DNA of 35,358 nt. Source: Octopus bimaculoides (taxonomy: Eukaryota). The first letter of the stretch is position 1, and each line of letters starts with the position of its first letter. The notes beneath the pieces are model-generated. The model saw nothing but the letters and a program-made list of their open reading frames with translations. It did not search any database and was not told the DNA's origin. The translations under genes and the position numbers were made by a program. Location: positions 39,095,887 through 39,131,244 of the forward strand of contig NC_068988.1 of assembly GCF_001194135.2 (NCBI RefSeq). The letters run 5' to 3'. This document shows, one piece after another, positions 1 through 11,256 of the stretch.

Positions 1-154
1 CTTCTTTCATTTTCCGTCTAACTTATCCACACACAAGGCTTTGGTCGGCCCGAGGCTATAGAAGAAGACACTTGCCCAAAGTGCCACGCAGTGGGACAGA
101 ACCCGGAACCATGTGGTTGGTAAGCAAGCTACTTACCACACAGCCACTCCTGTG
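1..154 (-). mobile_element. tRNA-derived SINE, working family D (near complete, tail cut by window edge)
   Basis: Reverse complement reads gcacaggagtggctgtgtggtaagtagcttgcttaccaaccacatggttccgggttctgtcccactgcgtggcactttgggcaagtgtcttc... The same sequence recurs at 24571-24703 and 32089-32190. Confidence 0.85.
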
Positions 155-162
155 CATATATA

Positions 163-456
163 TGGCGCATGGCTTAGGGCATTCAGCTGACGATCGTAAG
201 GTCGTGAGTTCGATTACAGGCAGCATGTTATGTCCTTGAGCAAAACAGGTTAGTTCCCGTTGCTCTGGTTCACTAAGCTGACAAACAATGAGTTGTACCT
301 GTAATTCAGAAGGCCAATCATGCTGAATCTCACTGAGAACTACGTTAAGCGTATGCGTGTCTGTGGAGTACTCAGCCACTTGCACAGTAATTTCACGAGT
401 GGGTTGTTCGGATGATCGAATCAAGAGGAACACTCTTCGTCGTAACCGACGGAGTT
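163..456 (+). mobile_element. tRNA-derived SINE, family G (B-type head/CORE-like body plus C-type tail)
   Basis: B-box-like gagttcgatt, body tgtccttgagcaa...gttgctctggttcact, and tail ...agccacttgcac...cgtaaccgacggagt shared with 2801-3105, 8024-8319 and 34372-34660. Confidence 0.8.
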
Positions 457-475
457 TCAGTTTGACCCCAACGAC

Positions 476-655
476 CCATTGACAACTGGTGTTGGTTTGT
501 TTACGCTTCCGTAACATAGCAGTTCAGTAAAAGAGATCAACACAACAAGTACGAAGCTTAAAAAAAAGTACTGGGATCTATTCGTTCTGACTAAAATTCT
601 TTAAGACAGTGGTACCCCAGCATAACCACAGTTTAATGATAGAAACAAGTAAAAA
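476..655 (+). mobile_element. Interspersed repeat, family E fragment
   Basis: Matches the reverse complement of 29040-29185 (gcagttcagtaaaagag...aagtac...aaaattc...gtacccagcat...gaaacaagtaaaa). Confidence 0.6.
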
Positions 656-977
656 AAATGTATATTAATAAAATTATATACTTATATGCAAATATATATA
701 CATATGTGTGTGTGTGTGTGTGTGTGTGGCTGATCGTGCATATGTATGTGAGTGAACGTACAAAATGGCGAACAGATTAGCTATACGTCAGTAATTCTCC
801 CAATACATAGGTTATATAATAATTACACAAATTATGCAATTATTACTTCAGAATCAGAACAACGCCTACGAAAAAGTGACTATCAATTAGAGACAGTTAC
901 ATCATCAACTACGTTTAGTGACTATGATTGCATTAAACACATCATATAGTCGTTGCTACTATATGGGTATTCATTAT

Positions 978-980
<3 letters not shown>

Positions 981-1020
<40 letters not shown>
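981..1020. repeat. (CT)n microsatellite
   Basis: Direct reading. It is followed by (TA)n tracts flanking the 1107-1500 gap. Confidence 0.98.
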
Positions 1021-1026
<6 letters not shown>

Positions 1027-1500
1027 ACATGAATCCATGTATGTATGTGTGTATGCGTGTGCGCGCGTGTGTATATATAAACAATGTATATATATATATA
1101 TATATANNNNNNNNNNNNNNNNNNNNNNNNNNNNNNNNNNNNNNNNNNNNNNNNNNNNNNNNNNNNNNNNNNNNNNNNNNNNNNNNNNNNNNNNNNNNNN
1201 NNNNNNNNNNNNNNNNNNNNNNNNNNNNNNNNNNNNNNNNNNNNNNNNNNNNNNNNNNNNNNNNNNNNNNNNNNNNNNNNNNNNNNNNNNNNNNNNNNNN
1301 NNNNNNNNNNNNNNNNNNNNNNNNNNNNNNNNNNNNNNNNNNNNNNNNNNNNNNNNNNNNNNNNNNNNNNNNNNNNNNNNNNNNNNNNNNNNNNNNNNNN
1401 NNNNNNNNNNNNNNNNNNNNNNNNNNNNNNNNNNNNNNNNNNNNNNNNNNNNNNNNNNNNNNNNNNNNNNNNNNNNNNNNNNNNNNNNNNNNNNNNNNNN

Positions 1501-1548
<48 letters not shown>

Positions 1549-1734
1549 ATAAATATGTCTTAATATATACTATGATATAGATATGTATATATATATATAT
1601 ATATATAAACTAATACATCTGTTTGTTTTCTATATCACTTGTCTTCGTCTTTTGTTTGTTTGTGAATTCTCCCCATATATTACACGCTCACGTGGTCGCA
1701 CCAATTGATCCTGTCTCCTCTCATCACCCAACAA

Positions 1735-2799
1735 ACTTTTACGGAAGGTATCAATGGAAGCAAAGTAGCAAAGTCTCTTCAGTGAATTTATGGGGATGAT
1801 GTAGTGAGCGAAAGAAGTTGCAGGAGACGGTTTTCTCGCTTCAGAAGTGAGAATTTGAGTTCGAAAGACTAGCCAAAAGAAGGTCATTCGAAATACCTCG
1901 ATTCCGAAGATTTAGAAGCTGTTATCACAGAAAATCCAACCAATACTTGTAGAGAACTTGCAAAATAGTCGAACGTAGCCCATACAACTGTTCTACGCCA
2001 ACTGGAAAGGCTCGGAAAGGTTTCAGTGGTTGGAAAATGAGTCCTGCACGAACTGTCTCCAGAGAATCTACAACAGTGTGTTGTTTGTTGTCAGTCATTG
2101 CTTTCACGACACCTTAAGGAACCATTTTTAGGAAGGCTTGTTACAGGTAATACGAAGCGGATCCTTTACCATGACGTTAAACGCCGCCGATCTTGGATCA
2201 GTCGAGGAGAGAGACCTGTTCAACAAGGAAGAAGTGGACTTCATCCAAGGAAGATTATGTTGAGTGTACGGTGGGATATTGAAGGAATTGTCCATTACGA
2301 ACTGTTAGACATCAATCAAACAATTTCTGATAATCTCTACTGGGATCAACTTCATCGTTTGAAAGCTGCTTTGAACTGAAAGAAACACAGCTTAGTCAAC
2401 AGAAAGAGTGTCAATTTTCACTATGATAATGCGCGTGCTCACACAGCTCGACTGACCAAACATATCTTGGAAGAGCTTGGTTGGGAAATATTGCTTCATT
2501 CTCCATATTCTCCAGATCTTGCTCCTTCTGATTATCACTTCTTTTAGGGACTACAGAACCGTTTGAATGGTCTTAAGTTGATATCAAGAGAAAGGTGTTG
2601 AAAATGAATTGGTTTTATATTTCGAATCAAAACCTAAACGATTTCACAAGCGTGGCGTTTATAAGCTTGTTGACAGATGGAATGAAGTTCTAGAAAGCAA
2701 TGGAAATTACGTTTACGAATAAATATTGTCTTAATAATGGGCTTTTTAATTTTTAATATAGACCTTAAAATCAACCATTACCTTTGCACCAGCCTGATA
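1735..2799 (+). pseudogene. Decayed mariner (Tc1/mariner, DD34D) transposon: transposase remnant plus right TIR, left end missing
   Basis: Frame 1 from ~1789 reads YGDDVVSERSCRRRFSRFRSE...TCRELAK...GK*VLHEL...LVTGNTKRILY...LHPRKIMLSVRWDIEGIVHYELL...FHYDNARAHTA...HSPYSPDLAPSDYHFF. There are 34 residues between the second and third catalytic Asp. The first Asp (TGD) reads TGN. Several stops and a frameshift near 2595 are present, and the frame ends ...RWNEVLESNGNYVYE* at 2722. A mariner-like TIR, attacctttgcaccagcctga plus TA, lies at ~2778-2799. Confidence 0.92.
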
Positions 2800-2800
2800 A

Positions 2801-3100
2801 CTCCGGTGCTTTTAACGACAGGGGTTCCAGATGATCCGATCAACGGAATAACCTGCTTGTGAAATCGACGTGCAAGTGGCTGAGCACTCCACAGACATGC
2901 ATGCCCTTCACGTAGTTCCGGGAGACTCAGCGTGACACATGTGACAAGGCTGGCGCTTTGAAATACACGTACTACTCATTTTTGTCACCTGAGTGAACTG
3001 GAACAACGCGAAATAAAATCTCTTGCTCAAGGATTTAATGCGCCACCGGGGATCGAATACGCGTCCTTACGCCCCTGAGCCGAATACCCTTATCACTTAG

Positions 3101-3105
<5 letters not shown>
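2801..3105 (-). mobile_element. SINE family G, degraded full-length copy
   Basis: Reverse complement has a tRNA-like head, CORE-like ttgagcaag...gttccagttcactcag and the C-type tail. It abuts the mariner right end and a (CA)n tract. Confidence 0.8.
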
Positions 3106-3157
<52 letters not shown>

Positions 3158-3300
3158 CAGAAAGACACACAGAAAGATAGAAAGGAAGAGAAACGAGGAA
3201 GGAGAGAGAGAGAAAGAAAACGTGTGAATGTGTATGTGTGAGTGTGTGTGTGTGTGTATGTGTGAGTGTGTGTGTGTGTGCGTGTATGTGTGAGTGGTGT
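3102..3300. repeat. Compound (CA)n / (GA) / (TG)n microsatellite region
   Basis: Direct reading. Confidence 0.9.
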
Positions 3301-3663
3301 GCTTGGGTGTATAACACAGCCCGTATGAAGAAACCTAAGATAAATTGAAATTAGTTAAATTCAGTTTTCATACATTTCGCTGTAGAACTTTAAATAACTA
3401 TGAATACTTGTTCTCACTTCGTGCATAGAAAAATCAAGGAGATCCTCTCCTGTGTTTCTCGTTTCGTTGATAATTTATTAGATGACACGTACAACCTCGA
3501 TCTTCTGCTGTATAGGGAATCTATCGCAAATCACTATTTAAATCAAACACAAACCGGAACAATTGTTATTGACTTTGTAATTGTTTTTCTCCTCATTCAC
3601 AGAAAATAGAGATTATTTTGACTTGTTTCACAGTTCGTTGGTCATTCATTAGCAGACAAGTAC

Positions 3664-3695
<32 letters not shown>

Positions 3696-4579
3696 TGAGG
3701 AAGATAATTTATAGCAACTCGCAATCTGAATAGAATTCAATCAAGAACTTTGCTTTCATGGCTAGAATTAAATGCTGTATTCTAACACTCAATTTATTTT
3801 ACATTTTCTTAAAGGTACTCTTGTGAACAAAATATCTGTTATGTAACCACGTTATCGACGCAAATTAATTCAGTCGTTACATCAGATATTTCCATATGGT
3901 GCGAACTACGTCTTTGGAAATAATCTAACATTCGTTTAGTCTGTTGCAAGTTTGAGCAAAAGGTCAGAACTAATGAATTTTTCTTTTAAGCATTTAAATT
4001 ATTATTTATTGAGAATTTTGCATCTTCCAACTGGTAAATAATACATATTTTATTACTACATAATGAATTAATTTCTCATACCGTTAAAGCTGGATTCATA
4101 TACTAAAAGAAACTACAACCCAAAGCATTAATCTATTTTGGCTTGTTCGGATGTATCTTCGTCGTGTCTATTCTGTAAATATTTTTCCAGGGTCACTGTT
4201 CTAATGAACTTTCGGTTATCGCGCCCACTGAGAAAACCTGTAAACGTGTCATCACCCGTTCCTCTTCTTTGGTGCATCGTTTCTCTTCTGAGCTTCCTGT
4301 TAGTCATTATTTCTTTTATTCTAATAGATTCTATACTCGAACTTATGTTCTCTGGAACTCACTGCCATCGTCTTGTTTTCCTTTTGTCTAAGATATTCAG
4401 TCCGTTAAGTATGCTCTGAATCGACATCTTTTTTGCATATAGGCCCCTTCTTTCCCTTTTTTTCTTGTCATTTACATTACAGTGTAACGAGCTATTTCCA
4501 TAGTTCATGAATGTTTGTAATAAAAAAATGATAGTAACTCGAGTGTATTATTACCTGTTTTCGTAGTAAAGAGGTAAAA

Positions 4580-4854
4580 ATATTCTTTTCTACTTTAGGC
4601 ACAAGGCCCGAAATTTTAGGGGAGGGAGATAGTCGATTAGATCGACCTAAGTACGCAACTGGTACATCAACTCCGAAAGGATGAAAGGCAAAGTCGACCT
4701 CGGCGGAAATTGAACTCAGAACATAAAGACAGACGGAATACCGCTAAACCTTTCGTCCACCGTGCTAACGTTTCTGCCAGCTCGCCGCCTTCAGTAGCTA
4801 AACATATTCTTTTCTACTCTAGGCACAAGGCCCGAAATTTTGGGGGAGGGTCCA
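4580..4854 (-). mobile_element. SINE family A full copy (4580-4791) plus the tail of a second copy (4803-4854) running into a gap
   Basis: Reverse complement reads aaggcggcgagctggcagaaacgttagcac...gagttcaatttccgccgaggtcgactttgcctttcatcctttcggag... with tail ...gggccttgtgcctaaagtagaaaagaatat. Confidence 0.9.
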
Positions 4855-5637
4855 NNNNNNNNNNNNNNNNNNNNNNNNNNNNNNNNNNNNNNNNNNNNNN
4901 NNNNNNNNNNNNNNNNNNNNNNNNNNNNNNNNNNNNNNNNNNNNNNNNNNNNNNNNNNNNNNNNNNNNNNNNNNNNNNNNNNNNNNNNNNNNNNNNNNNN
5001 NNNNNNNNNNNNNNNNNNNNNNNNNNNNNNNNNNNNNNNNNNNNNNNNNNNNNNNNNNNNNNNNNNNNNNNNNNNNNNNNNNNNNNNNNNNNNNNNNNNN
5101 NNNNNNNNNNNNNNNNNNNNNNNNNNNNNNNNNNNNNNNNNNNNNNNNNNNNNNNNNNNNNNNNNNNNNNNNNNNNNNNNNNNNNNNNNNNNNNNNNNNN
5201 NNNNNNNNNNNNNNNNNNNNNNNNNNNNNNNNNNNNNNNNNNNNNNNNNNNNNNNNNNNNNNNNNNNNNNNNNNNNNNNNNNNNNNNNNNNNNNNNNNNN
5301 NNNNNNNNNNNNNNNNNNNNNNNNNNNNNNNNNNNNNNNNNNNNNNNNNNNNNNNNNNNNNNNNNNNNNNNNNNNNNNNNNNNNNNNNNNNNNNNNNNNN
5401 NNNNNNNNNNNNNNNNATATATATATATATATATATATATAATACCTTACTTATTTATGAACAAGATAACTTTATATGGCTTGTTCTTAAGATCAAATAT
5501 TCATATTCTACATTATTCTTGCCAGTAATAAATGCCAAGATCTTTGCCAAAAAACATGTAGTACAGTACAGTACAGCTATACTTCAATGCTACTCAACAT
5601 CAACTTTTCACCATCGATATACAGTATTCTAATGTAC

Positions 5638-5666
5638 ATAACAACAACAACAACAACAACAACAAC

Positions 5667-5734
<68 letters not shown>
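5638..5734. repeat. (CAA)n(TAA)n compound microsatellite
   Basis: Direct reading. It ends exactly at the 5' junction of the R4-like fragment. Confidence 0.97.
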
Positions 5735-5738
<4 letters not shown>

Positions 5739-6518
5739 ATGAGACCATCGATCATGTTGTCTCCATGTGCAGTCTGCTTGCGCCTACAGAGTATCTCAAC
5801 AGGCATGATAGAGCTGCACAATATATTCACTGGGTAATATGCAAAAACCTGGACTTGCCCCATGATAAAAACTGGTGGGAACACAAACCACCCCCAGTAC
5901 TTGAAAATGATCNNNNNNNNNNNNNNNNNNNNNNNNNNNNNNNNNNNNNNNNNNNNNNNNNNNNNNNNNNNNNNNNNNNNNNNNNNNNNNNNNNNNNNNN
6001 NNNNNNNNNNNNNNNNNNNNNNNNNNNNNNNNNNNNNNNNNNNNNNNNNNNNNNNNNNNNNNNNNNNNNNNNNNNNNNNNNNNNNNNNNNNNNNNNNNNN
6101 NNNNNNNNNNNNNNNNNNNNNNNNNNNNNNNNNNNNNNNNNNNNNNNNNNNNNNNNNNNNNNNNNNNNNNNNNNNNNNNNNNNNNNNNNNNNNNNNNNNN
6201 NNNNNNNNNNNNNNNNNNNNNNNTTACTACCTAGATCAGATTCCAGGAAACCCCAAAATGGCTGAAGTTCAAAAGATAGTGCTCATGGGAACTGCCCATA
6301 TCCTACGTAAAATACTGTCTATGTGATCTCAAATTTTAAAGCAAACACATAATTTTCTTATGGTTTCTTAAACATTCACTTGAACAAAACTGTACAAATC
6401 CAAATATATGGTACCCTAGGCATAACACCTACATGAACTTCTAACTTGTTGTCTCTTGAGGTCTCTGGGTGAGACTTGGATCCAACTTGTACAAATGCAA
6501 AACAAAAGTCAAACATAA

Positions 6519-6520
<2 letters not shown>
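5735..6520 (+). mobile_element. 5'-truncated non-LTR retrotransposon with CCHC knuckle and REL endonuclease region, R4/Dong-like
   Basis: Reads QNETIDHVVSMCSLLAPTEYLNRHDRAAQYIHWVICKNLDLPHDKNWWEHKPPPVLEND, then a 311-N gap, then LDQIPGNPKMAEVQKIVLMGTAHILRKILSM* (stop 6326). The ETxxH...C and RHD motifs are typical of the C-terminus of REL-type elements. A ~190-bp 3' UTR ends in (TAA)n. Confidence 0.85.
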
Positions 6521-6549
<29 letters not shown>

Positions 6550-6749
6550 TCAATAAAATATACAATTGTGTTAACACTCTACATAAGTTCATGTTATAAA
6601 CTATATTCTCATAACGGTTTTTTTTCTTTCCAAAAGAACAAGCAGGTGTGTTGCACAATAATATTACTCTATTATGGCTGCTCTAGGTGTCTAATAGTCG
6701 CTTGGTAGTTATTTGTTACTTAGTCAATATCAATGATAATAATGATGAT

Positions 6750-7490
6750 GATAATAGCCCTTTGTATCATAGAAACAAATAAAAATAATTTGAAGTCATT
6801 GTATTTTCTGTATTTTTAAAACCGCCTTCAATAATTTTCAGTAATACTTAGACAAGTCTGCTAGTGCTAGTACGATTTCTGTACTGGCAGATTTCCGACT
6901 CCTCTATATGCTATGTGAGTTTGAGCAAACCTTAAATTTATGGAACCAAGCATGGTTAGCAGTAAATGTTTCTTCCTCAACATTCTTCAAGTTAAGCGTT
7001 AAAAATCTTCAAACGGAGTTACAGTCTTCCGCTGAATTAAATTAAAGCACATAGGCATGCAGCACTGATGCTGGTTGTCCATCCAAACACCCAGAATCTC
7101 TTCCATTTCTTTCACCACTGAATTTCTAACTAATTATCGTGAAATATATTTGATAGAGAACATTTCACATCGTTGCAAACTGCGCTCTTTATCCTTTAGA
7201 ATTTTAGCAGTAATAGATCGATTCATCTCACGCGTACCAATTATGTTTGATATTTTCTGCCTCCTTTCCCTTCGCTTTATAATGCTTACCCTGGTTTCTA
7301 AAAGTAATACTGTAACGTCCAAAGCACTGGATGCCACAAATCTAAACCACCTGAAAAACCAAACTTTTGGAGAATACCTAAGCTTACAAAGTTTATCGGT
7401 CTTAATGTGTGCACGCGCATGCGAGAACACTGACGTTTACAGCGACAACTAACGATCTCGCGATCGCAGTTGTAGAAGGAGCAATTCAAC
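6750..7490 (-). pseudogene. pogo/Tigger (Tigger1-like) transposase remnant, N-terminal half
   Basis: Minus strand reads IIKRRERRQKISNIIGTREMNRSITAKILKDKER (Tigger N-terminal HTH-like), then EETFTANHAWFHKFKVCSNSHSI*RSRKSAS (cf. FxASxGWFxKFK of the CENP-B HTH), KIIEGG and a degraded QIFNxDETG-like segment. The right boundary is approximate. Confidence 0.75.
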
Positions 7491-7574
7491 TGCAACAATA
7501 CAAGTAATTCTGTGCCCTAGTCTTTCTATTTACCACATATAGCATACTTATTTACAAGCCAGTAATGATTCTTT

Positions 7575-7785
7575 CTACAATAAACACAAAGCCTGAAATT
7601 TTGGTGTAGATGATTACCCAATTACATCAACCTCACCTGTTCAACTGATACTCATTTCGTCAACCACGAAAAGATGAAAAGTAAAGTCGACCTCGGCATA
7701 ATTTGAACTGACAACGTAAAACCGGAAGAAATGCTGTTAAGCATTTTGTCTGGCGTGCTTATGGTTTTGCCAGCTCGCCGCCTTA
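7575..7785 (-). mobile_element. SINE family A, diverged
   Basis: Head taaggcggcgagctggcaaaacc and core aaagtcgacctcggc on the reverse strand. Confidence 0.85.
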
Positions 7786-7894
7786 CATATTCATAAAAAT
7801 GTCTTCTAAAGATAAGGGGTCTTGTGTAAAGAGACAAAGAACACCTTAAAACTGAATGGTAAAATTCAAATATTTAAAACTTGATACAACTAAT

Positions 7895-8025
7895 ACTGGT
7901 TTCAAATTTTGACACAAGGCTAGCGATATCGGGTGGGTGGGGCGAGTTAGTCGACATTGATCCTAGTGTTCAGCTAGTACTTAATTTATCGACTCCGAAA
8001 GGATGAACGGCCAAGTTGACCTCGG
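7895..8025 (-). mobile_element. SINE family A, headless 3' half nested in the Tigger fossil
   Basis: tttcaaattttgacacaagg tail and atcgactccgaaaggatgaa...gttgacctcgg core. Confidence 0.85.
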
Positions 8026-8319
8026 GCGTTTGGAGTGTTTATTGAGCGGAAACACCTAAATCTCCACGAGGCTCCGGCGAACCCTGCTGTATTCTTTCGC
8101 CACAACTTTCTCTCACTCTTTATTCCTGTTTCTGTTGTACCTGTATTTCAAAGGGATAGCCTTGTCACACTCTGTGTCACGCTGAATCTCCCCGAGAACT
8201 ACGTTAAGGGTAGACGTGTCTGTGGAGTGCTCAGCCACTTGCACGTTAATTTCACGAGCAGGCTGTTCCGTTGATCGGATGAGCTGGAACCCTCGTCGTC
8301 GTAACCGACGGAGTGCCAC
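8024..8319 (+). mobile_element. SINE family C, headless, nested in the Tigger fossil
   Basis: gagtgtttattgagcggaaacacctaaa...cacaactttctctcactc...tgtacctgtatttcaaaggg...cgtaaccgacggagtgcca matches 13289-13558 and 18973-19314. Confidence 0.9.
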
Positions 8320-8867
8320 GAATATTGCTCTGATAGAAACATATGACATCAGAAAGTTTACAATTTAGCATATAAAAAAGCAAATAATAAAAATTCTAGA
8401 ATTGATTGCTTCGTTTGAGCCTTGCAATAAAAACTACTGAACGATTAGAAGGTTTGGCAATTTGCAGGCCAATGCCTATTGCCACAGCAAATGGACATTA
8501 AATCGGAGTGTAAAGTTAGTGATGGATGCTCTCTTTGTCCTTTAGAATTCTCGTAACTATAAAATGATTGATCTTTTACACACCAGTTATGTTTATCATA
8601 TTCTCATCTCGTTCACTTCACTCTCAAGAGCTCATTTTGGTTCCCAACATAATACAGAAAAAGTCCAAAACTCCTTTATTGCTGAACAAAAACTGTTGGG
8701 TGATACAGAAACAGCAACAAAGTATAATGGAACATTTGAAAAAATTTGCAACTGAACATGACCTACCAGTCGATAAAATTTATAATTCTGGTGCAACAGG
8801 AGTTTACTAAAAGTATTTGCATACCAAAATACTTTGGTTGGAAAACAAGAATGAAATGCAACAAATT

Positions 8868-9105
8868 TTACGTCGGTCACGACGACAAATGTTTCACTTG
8901 ATCCTGTCAAGGGAACAGCCAGCTCGTTGAGCACTCCACAGACACACGTGCTCTTAACGTAGTTCTAAGGAGATTCACAGTGTGACACAATGTTACAAAG
9001 CCGGCTCTCTGAATTACAAGTACAACTCATTTTTGCCAGCTGAGTGAACTGGAGTCACATGACTGTGAACCAAATACCTAAACACTACGCCACTCGTCTT
9101 TGCCT
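8868..9105 (-). mobile_element. SINE family G, internally deleted, nested in the Tigger fossil
   Basis: gagcactccacagacacacgtg...aattacaagtacaactcatttttgccagctgagtgaactggag matches the other G copies. Confidence 0.75.
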
Positions 9106-10780
9106 TTAATATGTAAATATTAACCGTTCTTGTGCTCGATAATTCTTCAGATTAGCATAAAATTTAGCTTTTAAGTCATTGGCAAATTCAGATACCAGCG
9201 GGCCTTTAAGGAAATGTTGCATTTGCATCTGATCTATAAATTTTCAGAATAGTTCTTTGAAGAATAGAAACACATTTCGTGATTAGTTTGTTTACGATTT
9301 TATTCCATCAGTTCGTTAGAACATAAGGGAATTTTGGAACCTATAAATACAAAGAGTCTACCACTTCTCAACCACTTGCATGTACAAGAATTAGTGCGGG
9401 ATTGCAGGAATATTTAAGCATGTTACTTGTTATTGAACGTATTGTTACGGATTCAACCCATGAATGAAATAATCATTAAGCGCTTTAAATGTTATTATCA
9501 AAATGGCTTTATGACTGAAATAGTGAATAAGAATGTCTATCTCACAGAATTTCGACACAGCTTTATGATCAAAAATATAAAACTTCCATCTATGACTGTG
9601 TCGAATGTAGTGAAATCTGAAACGTGTTTAAGAGTGTGGCGAAAGTTATAGGCGAAAGTCATATTTGCAAATCTAGAGGGTGATCAAAAGAATGAAATTA
9701 AAACAAAGACTTTGAAGGATTCTACCTAAAGTAGACGACATGTGAAGAACAAGAACATATGGAGACCATTAAATAATATCTGAAAACACACATATATGCA
9801 AACTTAATGGTGCTGGGCTTAGAAGAATAGATACATACTGCCACTTTCACTGCAAGAAATCATCCAAAGAATTACAATCCCTGAAATGTTTTGAAAAATT
9901 ATTTAGAAGAATGTTCTGAAGACACCAAATTTGAAGAAATGCTATCTTGGGATTCTGCAGGAAATTACATTAAAGCGGTTATTAAATTTGTGGAAGAAAA
10001 TTATAGCTACAGTCTTCAAGACGCCACGCATGCGTACATAGAACAGAATATCATTGCAAAGAAATTACGAAGACATAAAAGAAAAAAAAGGAAAAGAAAG
10101 CAATAGAAATGTCAATTGGTGCAGTAGATTCAGTAGAAACTGCAAGCGTTCCAGCCACATGCAATGCAGCAAGTGGTACAGAAGTTGTTGAACTGTACGA
10201 ATAACTTTAACTTACATTTTATATATCAGAACATTTCGTTAATAGACTAAACATAAATACTCATTTTCTCTGTGAACTTCTTTATCACACTGCTATGCTA
10301 GTGTCTACTTCACTGCTGTTTCTTGTATGTTAAGCGACCGCGTAGAGTTCCCTAGTTCGTTCAACGTTTAGATATAAATCATTATTATAGTTGCTATTTG
10401 TTTTCATGAACAGCGTCAGTTTGTTAGGACAAAATATTGAAGCTTTCAGGACACGGAATTTGACTGCAATATGATGGGGATTTAACGGATTTCAACAATA
10501 TTCAGGTATAACACACATTGGTCTCAGTGCTTTGTAGTGGCCTACTCAGAGGAAGAAAAACAACTCCTATGTCCTGGCGGGGATAAAGGGAAGAAGAATG
10601 CAATACCCTCAAGTTGCGGAAGAAAGAAGTACATTAATATATGGAATTATCATCAGATAAAAGACTTGCTCTAAATATCTGCAACAGAACAAACTTCACG
10701 AAAAGTATTGAAGGGCAGGTAATATTGTTAAAATCTGCAGCCCAAAATTATGCATAATCAACTTGAGACGGACTTCGGGA

Positions 10781-10865
10781 CTGTTTCCGTCTACTCAATT
10801 TCACTGATGAGACTTAGGTCGACGAGAGGATGTGGTAGAAAATTTGCTCAAAGAGCCGCACACAA
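10781..10865 (-). mobile_element. Degraded family D 3' fragment
   Basis: ctgtttccgtctactcaatttcact...ggtcgacgagg resembles positions 1-60. Confidence 0.45.
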
Positions 10866-11044
10866 TAAGATCGTTAACAGAGCAATGTGATTACAAATCA
10901 AATTTATTTACCAAAGTAGTTATTATGTTTATTTGTCGTTTCTTTTTTTATGTTGTAATAAGCGAATGAATAAAGTAGATAAAGTTTTGAGTTCTACTAT
11001 GTCAGGGATTTAAATCTTCTAATAGACGCTGTTCTGTGACCTGG

Positions 11045-11256
11045 AATATCGGTTTCAAATTTTCGCACAAGGCCAGCAAGTTTTGGGTGAAGGGAACAAG
11101 TCGATTACATCCACCTCATTGTTCTACTGGTGCTTCTTTTATCGACCTCAAAAGGACGAAAGGCAAAGTCAACCTTGGTGGGAATTTGAACTCGGAACAT
11201 AAAGACGGACGAAATGCTGCTCGACGTGGTCATGATTTTACCAGCTCACTGCCTTG
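11045..11256 (-). mobile_element. SINE family A
   Basis: Tail ggtttcaaattttcgcacaaggccagcaa and core aaaggcaaagtcaaccttggtgggaatttgaactc. Confidence 0.85.

Larger units (their letters stand above)
7799..10110 (+). pseudogene. Second pogo/Tigger (Jerky/TIGD-like) transposase fossil, near full length, interrupted by SINEs
   Basis: ATG at 7799 begins MSSKDKGSCVKRQRT (KRKR-like start). Later segments: EHDLPVDKIYNSGATGVY*KYLHTK (cf. IYNADETGLFWK), RIQPMNEIIIKRFKCYYQ...VKSETCLRVWRKL (cf. LIQPMDQGIIxxFKxxY of DDE_1), and a basic C-terminus at 9891-10106. Many stops and frameshifts. Confidence 0.78.

Noticed and set aside
56-517. 153-aa minus-strand ORF, with similar peptides at 8113-8349, 13408 and 34431
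   Set aside because: These are antisense readings through SINE copies. The recurring peptide (QPAREINVQVAEHSTD) just reflects the shared SINE tail.
2098-2379. Mariner ORF as a domesticated SETMAR-like gene
   Set aside because: Flanking stops, a frameshift and loss of the first catalytic Asp; no SET domain nearby.
3790-3965. Strong acceptor-like ttttacattttcttaaAG followed by a possible donor near 3963
   Set aside because: All three frames hit stops and the donor is weak, so it cannot be supported as an exon.
4131-4427. Minus-strand frame MSIQSILNGLNILDKRKTRRWQ*VPEN...EQAKID with one internal TGA overlapping a gca|GTGAGT donor-like site, plus the 93-aa plus-strand ORF over the same region
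   Set aside because: No recognisable domain, no supporting acceptor or partner exon, and lengths are compatible with chance.
10450-10505. AG...cag|GTATAA exon-like segment
   Set aside because: Stops in all three frames and a poor acceptor.
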